A stretch of 64,000 nucleotides of DNA from positions 248,001 through 312,000 of the IMG/VR virus record IMGVR_UViG_3300018080_000098. One strand, given 5' to 3'. Positions 1-7,722 of the stretch are shown in pieces. Numbering within the stretch: the stretch's first letter is position 1; every line of letters starts with the position of its first letter. The position numbers and the translations under genes were made by a program. The notes below the pieces were generated by a model that saw only the letters and a program-made list of their open reading frames with translations, was not told the DNA's origin and searched no databases.

Positions 1-6
1 CCACCC

Positions 7-843
7 ATGTTCCTAGGTTACTACGCTGACCAAAAAGAACGCTTCGAAGAAGCCTTCTGCGGAGCAGAAGTAGACGAAGAAGGCGCTCGAGAAGTCCTCA
101 CCACACTGGCACAAGACGCCATCGAGCTCTGGAAACAAATGTCTCTCGCCAGAAAACTGCTCCACATCGAAGATATGGCAGAAGACGCCGAACCGTTCTT
201 TCAAGGAAGGCGCCTCAAGGATTTCAAATTTCTCACAGCCTTCTTCCTGAGTGTAGAAGAAGCCAGAGAGTGCGGGTACCATCTTCTCGAAGAGAAACTT
301 CAGGACCTCCTGGAAGGCACCACGGTGCGAGAGGAGAACATCTTTATCCGTTTGGTCAACGAAGCCTGTAGCAACTTCGCAGACACCTACGACGACCTCG
401 CCAAACGGCCCACCTTCGACCGTCTCGACCATCGCGTGTTCGACCTCGGAGTAAAAAGTCCCCGCTCTCTATTGATTCCCTGCTTCCCACCACGCTTCCG
501 ACGCTCCCGAGAAGCGCATCTGTCGTTACTCCCTGAAAGAAACCACCTGACCACCTCCTTCATCGGAACGATGGCACCCCCTTCCGACGACGCTCCAACG
601 CTACGCGTCTACACAGATAGCCTGCGCTATGACACACTACGCTTCCTGGCGCCCATGAGCAGCTACGTCTTCGGCAGCCCCGAAGCCGTAGGTACTCTTT
701 ACCTGTGGCCCGTTAAAATATCCGTCGGCTTCGTGCCCTCCCCTCGGTACGTGGAGCTCCACATCGAACAGCGTATGTGCATGGAAGTCAACCACACCGG
801 CGACAACATAGCCTTCTTCGACTTGGAGCATGATGCCTTCTAG
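7..843 (+). CDS. hypothetical protein
   Basis: 278-aa ORF co-oriented with its neighbours; no recognisable motif. Confidence 0.6.
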   Translation: MFLGYYADQKERFEEAFCGAEVDEEGAREVLTTLAQDAIELWKQMSLARKLLHIEDMAEDAEPFFQGRRLKDFKFLTAFFLSVEEARECGYHLLEEKLQDLLEGTTVREENIFIRLVNEACSNFADTYDDLAKRPTFDRLDHRVFDLGVKSPRSLLIPCFPPRFRRSREAHLSLLPERNHLTTSFIGTMAPPSDDAPTLRVYTDSLRYDTLRFLAPMSSYVFGSPEAVGTLYLWPVKISVGFVPSPRYVELHIEQRMCMEVNHTGDNIAFFDLEHDAF

Positions 844-854
844 GAGGAACGATC

Positions 855-1067
855 GTGAGCAAAGGCAAGAAACATCCCAAGTTATCAGAACTTCCCGCAG
901 GTGAGGTCTACTTCCTGGACGAGCCCAAGCCTCTGAAGGACGTCGAAAATATTACACTCGCAGGCCGCGACGTCCTCGAAGCGAAGTACCAGGATGCGCT
1001 GAGAGCTTTCGATGAACGGATGAGTCGGGAGATCTTGGAGCTCCTGGATGAGAAAGACGATGAGTAA
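855..1067 (+). CDS. hypothetical protein
   Basis: AGGAGG RBS upstream of a GTG start. Confidence 0.6.
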   Translation: MSKGKKHPKLSELPAGEVYFLDEPKPLKDVENITLAGRDVLEAKYQDALRAFDERMSREILELLDEKDDE

Positions 1068-1455
1068 CCCCTACTTCTGTTTCGTGCGCACGAATAACGA
1101 AGGCGCCACCAAGGAACTCCTCGCGGGCCTGGTGGACAGCGGCGTCCTGAGCCTTCGAGAGATTGACCCCTGCTGCCGAAGCGAAGTGGAGGAACTCCTG
1201 ATCTGCCAACACACACAACGTCGCCTGTTTAAAGATTCAGGCAGAAAGCTCCCTCCTTCTGGCAAGCGTTGGCTAGACGTGTTCGTAGACAACACGAGAG
1301 TCCGTGCAGTAGACGTGAACGATAATACTACCCAAATCTTCCTCAAAAAGGAAGGGTGGAAAATTTCAGGTATCTACAGACATCCCAATGGGCTCCTCTA
1401 CTGGGCTTACTCCTACTCTGAGGACCAGCAAAAATCGACACCGCTCGCGATTTAG
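1060..1455 (+). CDS. hypothetical protein
   Basis: ATG overlaps the end of the upstream ORF; operon-like packing. Confidence 0.55.
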   Translation: MSNPYFCFVRTNNEGATKELLAGLVDSGVLSLREIDPCCRSEVEELLICQHTQRRLFKDSGRKLPPSGKRWLDVFVDNTRVRAVDVNDNTTQIFLKKEGWKISGIYRHPNGLLYWAYSYSEDQQKSTPLAI

Positions 1456-1458
1456 TGC

Positions 1459-1486
1459 TTGACAGCAGCGTTCAGCTCGCTACAAT
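1459..1486 (+). promoter_or_regulatory. sigma70-like promoter for the ncRNA cluster
   Basis: TTGACA-N16-TACAAT directly upstream of ncRNA 1. Confidence 0.65.
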
Positions 1487-1510
1487 GGTTTCAAGATTAA
1501 GGGAACAAGA

Positions 1511-1645
1511 TTTCGAGGACTGGAAGGTAAGTACAGAAAAACAATGATAGCTCAGTTGGTTGAGCGTCGGTATTGAGAACCGAAGGTCGCGGGTTCAAAT
1601 CCCGCTCCTTGTTACTTCGCCATTTACCTTCATACTACCTCGGAA
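1511..1645 (+). ncRNA. Y-RNA-like tRNA mimic 1 (unpermuted cloverleaf, UGA loop, inside a long closing helix)
   Basis: D arm TAGCTCAGTTGGTTGAGC, anticodon arm TCGGT-ATTGAGA-ACCGA, T arm GCGGG-TTCAAAT-CCCGC; ends pair TTTCGAGG/CCTCGGAA and GAAGGTAA/TTACCTTC. Confidence 0.75.
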
Positions 1646-1693
1646 CTAAGATACAACAGCGTAACGCTGAAAGGATACATCAAAGATACAACG

Positions 1694-1842
1694 AGCTCGC
1701 GGACTACTAGGTAATTACAGGAAATTTTCCAGGTTCAAGTCCTGGCTTCCCCATTTAAGGGGAAGTGGCCAAATTGGTAAAGGCAACAGCATTATAAGCT
1801 GTGGATAACCATCCATCAATTTACCTGGACACTACCGCGACT
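1694..1842 (+). ncRNA. Y-RNA-like tRNA mimic 2 (circularly permuted: T arm, closed acceptor stem, D arm, anticodon arm, variable arm)
   Basis: CCAGG-TTCAAGT-CCTGG; CTTCCCC-ATTTAA-GGGGAAG; TGGCCAAATTGGTAAAGGC; ACAGC-ATTATAA-GCTGT; ends pair TCGCGG/CCGCGA and AGGTAA/TTACCT. Confidence 0.8.
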
Positions 1843-1884
1843 TTAAATTTCACAGCACGAGGAGGTGCTGAGAGCATAGATTTC

Positions 1885-2014
1885 GAGAGGACTTAGGAGC
1901 GTTTACGGTAAAGCACTTGTCTGAAAAACAAGGTATTCCTGGTTCAAGTCCAGGCCCCGCCGCTTTTATGGCGGGGTTGCTTAAAAGCACAAACCCGCTT
2001 CTGCATTACCTCTC
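1885..2014 (+). ncRNA. Y-RNA-like tRNA mimic 3 (permuted in the D loop, GAA anticodon)
   Basis: GGTAAAGCA, CTTGT-CTGAAAA-ACAAG, CCTGG-TTCAAGT-CCAGG, closed acceptor CCCCGCC/GGCGGGG, then GCTT; ends pair GAGAGG/CCTCTC. Confidence 0.75.
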
Positions 2015-2067
2015 ATCATTTGACCTCTTAAAGTTAGTAGTGTTAATTGATTCCACAATACCTCTCA

Positions 2068-2618
2068 GTGACGACTCCGCTAGCATGCGCAGCGGCTTCT
2101 CGGAGAACGCTTGGCCCCACGGCCTACGTTAGCCCCCGAAGGCCCCGTCCGGGCCCGTTGTAAGATATTCCTAGCCGCGTTCTCATCGCGGTCCATCGTA
2201 AGTCCACAGGAGCAAGAGTGAACTCGGGTACTCAACTTCTTCTTAACTGGTTGACCGCAAGCAGAGCAATCGATACTGGTTCCTTTAGGATCTACAAAAA
2301 TTAATGTAGTACCAGCTTCTTCCGCTTTGTACTGCAGTAGTTCTTTGAATATCCCAAGTCCAGCATCAAGCGCACTCTTCGGAGAACTTGTTGGGTAGGG
2401 TGCGCTCCTAGAATCTGTAGCCATTCAGTTTCATTCCGCAGATTCTGGAAAGTTGTACGTTGATCCTCATAGGCCAACGAGTCCCCTGTGTATTCGTAGT
2501 GCTCCTTACGTTGCTGAAGACCACTATTGTACACAAATCTCGCTACATGAAGAATTTTGGACAGGGCTTCCTTTTGTATTTCATTAGGATAGAGACGGTA
2601 TTTGAAAGTTCGCTTCAA
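2068..2618 (-). pseudogene. tnpB: internally deleted, frameshifted IS200/IS605-family TnpB with its right end
   Basis: N-terminus MKRTFKYRLYP..ARFVYN in one frame; C-terminus DAGLG..LLQYKAEEAG..TS..CSACG..CSCG..DRDENAARNI in another; right-end-like GAAGCC..GGAGTCGTCAC ends at 2068. Confidence 0.85.
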
Positions 2619-2696
2619 AATGATTTGTCTTACGCTGTGTGATATTTAACATAACCATTCTGGACTGGGAGTCAAGATGCCCCCTTCAAAAAAGTC

Positions 2697-2724
2697 TTGA
2701 CACTCTTGCTCCGTTTGCTATTAT
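2697..2724 (+). promoter_or_regulatory. sigma70-like promoter
   Basis: TTGACA-N16-TATTAT upstream of ncRNA 4 and the TROVE-like gene. Confidence 0.6.
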
Positions 2725-2768
2725 CACAACTCAACACAACAACTACCAGCGCAAGACGCTGATCAGGT

Positions 2769-2893
2769 TTTGGCGGACGGCAAGGTCACTACAGAAATTA
2801 GCTCAGTTGGTTGAGCGCTTCGCTGCAAACGAAGAGGTCGCAGGTTCAAATCCTGCATTTCAAAACCAAGCTGACCTTCAAATTACCGCCAGC
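2769..2893 (+). ncRNA. Y-RNA-like tRNA mimic 4 (unpermuted, GCA anticodon, shortened acceptor stem)
   Basis: TAGCTCAGTTGGTTGAGC, CTTCG-CTGCAAA-CGAAG, GCAGG-TTCAAAT-CCTGC, 5-bp GAAAT/ATTTC; ends pair TGGCGG/CCGCCA and AAGGTCA/TGACCTT. Confidence 0.75.
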
Positions 2894-2919
2894 TAATTTT
2901 TACGCCAAGTAGGCGTAGG

Positions 2920-2959
2920 AAGGGTTCCCACCAGCAGTAGTGCGAACCCTTTTCTTTTG
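2920..2959 (+). terminator. hairpin plus U-tract between ncRNA 4 and the TROVE-like gene (terminator or attenuator)
   Basis: AAGGGTTC...GAACCCTT followed by TTTCTTTT. Confidence 0.45.
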
Positions 2960-2994
2960 TCTACTGCATTACTAGCAAACGGAGGTTCCACATC

Positions 2995-5124
2995 ATGCGT
3001 AAGGGACTGAGCACAACCGATTTGCGTCGGGAGCTGGCTACCCGTACCACCTCGCACGTCCTCTTCATGGACGCCAACGACAAAGGTACGAAGCTGGGCC
3101 TGAAGCTTGGACTGTCCGTAGAACCTGGACTCAAAGCAGTCCCGGGACCGGACGGTCGACTTCTTGATGGCTACGTCGTGGCGGACCAGGCTGAGGCCAA
3201 GCGGATCCGCGACGTCGCCACCAGTAACCGCGTGTTCTGTGAACAGTACGGTATTCCGGAAGTTCACGGGCTCGCAACTAAGTTGCTTCGTGGCCAGCCC
3301 ATCGACCTCAACGACCGAGAAAAGCGAATCGTCGGTCGAGTCGTGACGAGTTTCCTGGACATCGCTACCACGGGTACGGGTCGAGCAACCCACTACAACA
3401 CCCGGGAGGACCAGGAGCGCGCTGAGAAGCTGGCCCACGCGACACTGTTTGGCATGGATCGACAGACGTACAGTCTGCTGTCTTGCCTGAACGGTCTGAC
3501 GGACAACTCGAGAAAGCTCGCGTCGTGGATGCTGCTCGAGTGGCCCGGTGTGGGTGAGCCGAGCGATTACGAGCTCCAGATGGAGCGCGAGGTAGTTCGG
3601 GCTCTAGCTTCGAGCATCACGACGCCGCGCATGTTCCAGCTGTTCGGTATGCTACGCGAGACGGGCTGCAACAACAGCCGCACGCGTCGGGTCATCCTGC
3701 AGCTTCTGCTCGGGTCGGACAAGCTTCCGTGGTGGAGCGTGAAGTACCGGCGCAAGATGAAGCTGGCTCTGCAGCATGCCTGGGGCAAGCGGATGTCGAG
3801 CGTGATCGGCAGTGTTTGCCGTAAGCGCGCGTTCACGGTTAAGGAGCGCGGAATTCTTTCCGAGAACGTGTGGAAGTACGTAGAGAGCAACGAAGGTAAC
3901 GCCTTCGACACTGTGCAAGAGTGCGTCGCTTTCGTGATGGGTTCTGCGAGTGGTCGGTGGGATACTCCGTTGCTGCGCGCTTTCGTGGATGCTCGAGACG
4001 ACCTGTCGGCGGGTAAGCGTTTGCCGCCGGAGGTGCTCGAAGGTATTCGGTCTCGTTTCCATCCGCGCAAGTCGCACGACGACGTGCTGCGGTTGACGGC
4101 GAAGACGGGTGCGTTCACGGACGGCCAGAAAATCAAGCACCAGCGGCGCGTGGAGCAGGCTGGTACGAAGGTCGAGTTCGACCCGCGGCGGTACGATGCA
4201 AAGAAGCTCTACATCTACGCGTACGAGCGTGGGATGACGAGCGAGATTCGTACGGCGTTGGACGAAAAGGCTGCACAGTCGGCCACGTCGTTCCCGGTGA
4301 GCTGCGAGGACACGGTGGTGTTGGTGGACGCTTCGGGGTCGATGATCGGTGACGAGAAGACCCAGAAGTTGGCGCCGATGGCGAGCGCTCTGGCGATCAG
4401 CGATATGTTGGTCGCTGCTGGTGCGCGTCGTATTTTCGTGGGCGGCAAGGATCGTGGTCGTCGTTTGGTCCGTCCAGCGGGTGACACGTCTTTGGCGTTG
4501 CCGCTGGTGCAGGCTATTCGGGATCACAGTCCGAGCTCGGTGTTTGTGATCAGCGATGGTTACGACAACACTCCGGCTGGTCGTTTTGCGGAGGTGGTGC
4601 GGGCGTTGCGTCGTGTAAACGTGTCGACGCCGATTTATCACCTGAACCCTGTGGCTGCGGCTGAGACGGCTTCGGTGCGTCGTTTGGCGTCGGACCTGGT
4701 GCCGACGTTGGCGGTGCAGGACCCGAAGGCTCTGGCGACTATTATGTTGCGGGAGGCTTTGGAGCAGGACCCGCTGGCTGGTCTGAAGACGCTGTTGCGT
4801 CGTGGTCGCAGGGCTGCGATGGACGCTGTGCAGGGGAAGAAGGAGCTTTCAGCTGCTGTATCGAGTCGTCGTTCCGTGGGGAACGAGAAGAACGGCAAGC
4901 AGGTGCAGAAGGTTCTGCGGGACCTGTCTTCGACGATGAAGTCTGCTTTGGTGGACTTGTACGCTCGTTCCCCGGAGGGTCGTTCTGGCGTGTCATTCCG
5001 TGGAGTGGCTGCTCCGAACACGGTGACTGCTTTGCAGCGTCGCGGGCTGCTCAAGTTGAGCACTTCGGGCTTCATTCTGCACACGGACCTCGGTCGTCAG
5101 GCGGCTGAGCAGCTGAGTCGGTAG
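2995..5124 (+). CDS. TROVE/Ro60-like helical protein with a vWA domain
   Basis: MIDAS motif VVLVDASGSM, then VFVISDGYDN, after a long Arg-rich helical region; adjacent to tRNA-mimic RNAs; possible C-terminal winged helix. Confidence 0.65.
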   Translation: MRKGLSTTDLRRELATRTTSHVLFMDANDKGTKLGLKLGLSVEPGLKAVPGPDGRLLDGYVVADQAEAKRIRDVATSNRVFCEQYGIPEVHGLATKLLRGQPIDLNDREKRIVGRVVTSFLDIATTGTGRATHYNTREDQERAEKLAHATLFGMDRQTYSLLSCLNGLTDNSRKLASWMLLEWPGVGEPSDYELQMEREVVRALASSITTPRMFQLFGMLRETGCNNSRTRRVILQLLLGSDKLPWWSVKYRRKMKLALQHAWGKRMSSVIGSVCRKRAFTVKERGILSENVWKYVESNEGNAFDTVQECVAFVMGSASGRWDTPLLRAFVDARDDLSAGKRLPPEVLEGIRSRFHPRKSHDDVLRLTAKTGAFTDGQKIKHQRRVEQAGTKVEFDPRRYDAKKLYIYAYERGMTSEIRTALDEKAAQSATSFPVSCEDTVVLVDASGSMIGDEKTQKLAPMASALAISDMLVAAGARRIFVGGKDRGRRLVRPAGDTSLALPLVQAIRDHSPSSVFVISDGYDNTPAGRFAEVVRALRRVNVSTPIYHLNPVAAAETASVRRLASDLVPTLAVQDPKALATIMLREALEQDPLAGLKTLLRRGRRAAMDAVQGKKELSAAVSSRRSVGNEKNGKQVQKVLRDLSSTMKSALVDLYARSPEGRSGVSFRGVAAPNTVTALQRRGLLKLSTSGFILHTDLGRQAAEQLSR

Positions 5125-5134
5125 GAGGTGTAAA

Positions 5135-6163
5135 ATGTTGACTATCAGAGAAGTACTTCGTGGCTGTGAAGTGGGTCGTATTCAGACGGTGGGAGCGATG
5201 CAGATCATCCCGTTGACTCTCGAGAGGGATTTGCAGGATGACCGTTTTGCCACGCCGGACATTGTTCGGGTAGGTACGTCGAGCTACGGTACGATGAATT
5301 TCACGAATCCATCGGAGAAGCCTGTGCTGTTGCCGTCGCACGTGGGCTACGTGGTGAAGCAGGCTGCACAGGACCACGCGATGGCGACGGCAGGAATTGT
5401 TCCTGCGAAGCGTCAGCAGAGTTGGGACAACGCGATGTGCATTCAGGCTACTCAAGGTGGCCTGATTAACCGCGGTGAGCATAAGATGCTCATCCTGCCG
5501 TTGGCTCTGCGGCAGCCTGCGCTCGAGAAGCGGAAGGCTCGTAGCTACGACAAGCTGTGGAACTCGATTGGTTCGTACAACACGACTGCTGGTGTGGGTG
5601 GTAGTAAGAACCTCGTAACGTACATGCAAGGGTACGAGCGCCAGCTGGACCAGTTCATTGCGGAGTTCGAGGTGGTCGAGGACCAGGTGGGCGCCATCAT
5701 CCTCATCAACGGCGAAGTGATGGGATGCGAGCGTGCTCCGTGTACGGAGTATTGGCGTACGGTGTGGGAGCCGCTGGTTCGCGTGTGCTACGGCAGCGCA
5801 GCTATCGCGGCCTCCAAGCGAGCGCAGCAGTCGGAGGTGGTTCTGAAGACCCGCGTACCTCTCGAGGTACGGGACCTGTCGAACCTCGATGATCTTTGCA
5901 CCGAGCTCGAGTCGGTGGAGTCCAAGCAGGACGAGCTCGTACGTCGGCAAGTACGGCAGTTGCTGGATGACCAGTTCCAGCAGGACCAGGAGCAGCGCGC
6001 TGGGCATGCGCAGGCGGACATCGTGACGATCCGCAACGACCAGTTCTTCGGGCAGGTCGCTACCGATCAAACGTCGGGCAAGGTGCTCTACGCCTCCATG
6101 GTCGTGTCTGATGGTTGGGACGAGCGCAAGGGCTGGAAGTTGACCCAGCGATTCGAGATTTAA
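5135..6163 (+). CDS. ARPP-1/ARPP-2 (DUF6569-like) domain protein
   Basis: Motif order MQIIPL..N.SEKPVLL..QDH..CIQ..QVGAIILINGEVMG.E resembles the ARPP family. Confidence 0.6.
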   Translation: MLTIREVLRGCEVGRIQTVGAMQIIPLTLERDLQDDRFATPDIVRVGTSSYGTMNFTNPSEKPVLLPSHVGYVVKQAAQDHAMATAGIVPAKRQQSWDNAMCIQATQGGLINRGEHKMLILPLALRQPALEKRKARSYDKLWNSIGSYNTTAGVGGSKNLVTYMQGYERQLDQFIAEFEVVEDQVGAIILINGEVMGCERAPCTEYWRTVWEPLVRVCYGSAAIAASKRAQQSEVVLKTRVPLEVRDLSNLDDLCTELESVESKQDELVRRQVRQLLDDQFQQDQEQRAGHAQADIVTIRNDQFFGQVATDQTSGKVLYASMVVSDGWDERKGWKLTQRFEI

Positions 6164-6172
6164 TCCTCTAGC

Positions 6173-6205
6173 CTCGGGGAGGAAGTTTCCTCCCCGAGCT
6201 TTCTC
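6173..6205 (+). terminator. intrinsic terminator
   Basis: CTCGGGGAGGAA-GT-TTCCTCCCCGAG then a pyrimidine run. Confidence 0.7.
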
Positions 6206-6208
6206 CTC

Positions 6209-6237
6209 TTGACATTTCTTTTCGATTAAACTACATT
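6209..6237 (+). promoter_or_regulatory. sigma70-like promoter for tRNA-Leu
   Basis: TTGACA-N17-TACATT. Confidence 0.55.
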
Positions 6238-6255
6238 ACGTTGTATTGTTTTTCT

Positions 6256-6338
6256 GCTGGCGTGGCGAAATTGGTGATACGCGCTGGCCTTAGGAGCCAG
6301 TGGGGCAACCCGTGGGAGTTCGAGTCTCCCCGCCAGCA
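6256..6338 (+). tRNA. tRNA-Leu(TAG)
   Basis: Full cloverleaf GCTGGCG/CGCCAGC, anticodon TAG at 6291-6293, long variable arm, TTCGAGT loop; CCA not encoded. Confidence 0.93.
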
Positions 6339-6350
6339 TTAGGAGGACTT

Positions 6351-6719
6351 ATGGCAGAATTTAAGCACTGGACCTCGGAAAGTGTAGAAGCATTCAAGTA
6401 CGCTGTAGCCTCCGATTTTATTGGGCAGCTTCAAACAAGAATCGACGAGAATGAAGTTCGACAAAAAGACATCGCACGAGCGTTGGGTATTTCCGAGGCG
6501 CGTGTTTCCCAGCTGTTCAACCGACCCGATAATTTGACGTTGAGAACTCTGGTCAAGCTGGTGCGAGTTCTCGGTTTGAAGCTCAGCATCGTGGCGTACG
6601 AGGACGCACGCGAAGCTGGGCCTGTCCACCCCGATATTTTTCGCCAGTGTTGGGAAGCGATGGGAGCTCCCAAGGATATGTTTGAGCTGCAAGAGAGAAT
6701 GGAAAAGGGATCCAAATGA
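6351..6719 (+). CDS. XRE-family helix-turn-helix protein
   Basis: RQKDIARALGISEARVSQLFN..NLTLRTLVKL; AGGAGG RBS before ATG 6351. Confidence 0.8.
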   Translation: MAEFKHWTSESVEAFKYAVASDFIGQLQTRIDENEVRQKDIARALGISEARVSQLFNRPDNLTLRTLVKLVRVLGLKLSIVAYEDAREAGPVHPDIFRQCWEAMGAPKDMFELQERMEKGSK

Positions 6720-7054
6720 GCCACATAGCAGACACCATCATCGCTTTTTCCGTGTGCGACGAGGATCGCGTGCACGACATCACGAAGTATTTCGAGAGCA
6801 TCGATCAGGTCCCTCCAGTATTTTTAGACGACGGAATAAGCCCTCGCAAATACGGTGGCACCTACGCAATCCAACGAACGGTGATGGTTGGCGCCTACAA
6901 CTACTTAGACATAGACGCCCTGGTTTCTTTCATGGAAAGTCTTACGTGGGTTATCCCAGAAGACGTGCAGCTGCTTATTGCAGACGAGCACGATGAGCCC
7001 CACGTGTTTTCAGAGAGGCTCAACAGAAAAAACATGAAAACTCGCCATGGCTAA
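6716..7054 (+). CDS. hypothetical protein
   Basis: ATGA overlap with the upstream gene. Confidence 0.6.
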   Translation: MSHIADTIIAFSVCDEDRVHDITKYFESIDQVPPVFLDDGISPRKYGGTYAIQRTVMVGAYNYLDIDALVSFMESLTWVIPEDVQLLIADEHDEPHVFSERLNRKNMKTRHG

Positions 7055-7634
7055 GATTAAAACGAAACGCTACCTCGAGTGCCCGAACTGCGGTGACTAC
7101 GACTTCTCCGTGGACCACGTACTAGACAAGGACACCATCCAAAGCTACGGTCCCTGGCACTGTACTATCTGCAACCACGAAGTCCGCTTCAAAGCGGGCC
7201 AAGGTGTCCTGCAGGATGTGACTACCAAGGAGTGCCCACGCCAGCCGATGCTCTGCCTCTTCCGAATACGGGACCTCTACGTAGTTGTAGATTCGTACTC
7301 GATGCCTGATGATGGCAAGCCGGATTGGTACGATTATCTCTTCCACTCGCACCAGTGCCCAACGAACCTCGCGCGGCACGTTGTGGAAGTTTTCTGTCCA
7401 GAGGAAGGGCAAGACCCTCACGGCGTCTTTAGATTTATTGCTGCCATCCCGGACGAAGAAGATAATCGAACACTCGTCCAGGACAAGTGCACAACTCTCC
7501 AGGAGCTGTTTTTCGCGTTTCAAACAGACGGCCAGGAAGCTTGGACAAGGTGGCCCGAATCCCAACGAGGTCTCATCCCTGGACTCGCCCAGCTGCAGGA
7601 CGCCTACCGCAGAACGAATCGACCGAAGTGCTGA
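7047..7634 (+). CDS. hypothetical protein with CxxC pairs
   Basis: CPNC and CTIC; overlaps the upstream stop. Confidence 0.6.
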   Translation: MAKIKTKRYLECPNCGDYDFSVDHVLDKDTIQSYGPWHCTICNHEVRFKAGQGVLQDVTTKECPRQPMLCLFRIRDLYVVVDSYSMPDDGKPDWYDYLFHSHQCPTNLARHVVEVFCPEEGQDPHGVFRFIAAIPDEEDNRTLVQDKCTTLQELFFAFQTDGQEAWTRWPESQRGLIPGLAQLQDAYRRTNRPKC

Positions 7635-7722
7635 CAAGCTCCTTCTGCGACAACTCCATCTTGTAAAATAGAAGTATCAGGATTGTCACCAGGGTGGTGA
7701 CCGCTAAACAAGGAGAGTTGTC

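Noticed and set aside
1540-2861. Calling the four tRNA-like elements ordinary tRNA genes (Ser, Ile, Phe, Cys)
   Set aside because: Two are permuted with closed acceptor stems, one has a 5-bp acceptor, and one has a mismatched acceptor and lacks the Ser long variable arm; all lie inside a shared outer helix
1917-2896. ORFs 1917..2132, 2460..2642 and 2639..2896
   Set aside because: They overlap ncRNAs, promoters or the antisense strand of tnpB
6300-6350. Upstream GTG start of the HTH gene
   Set aside because: It lies inside tRNA-Leu; ATG 6351 has a strong RBS
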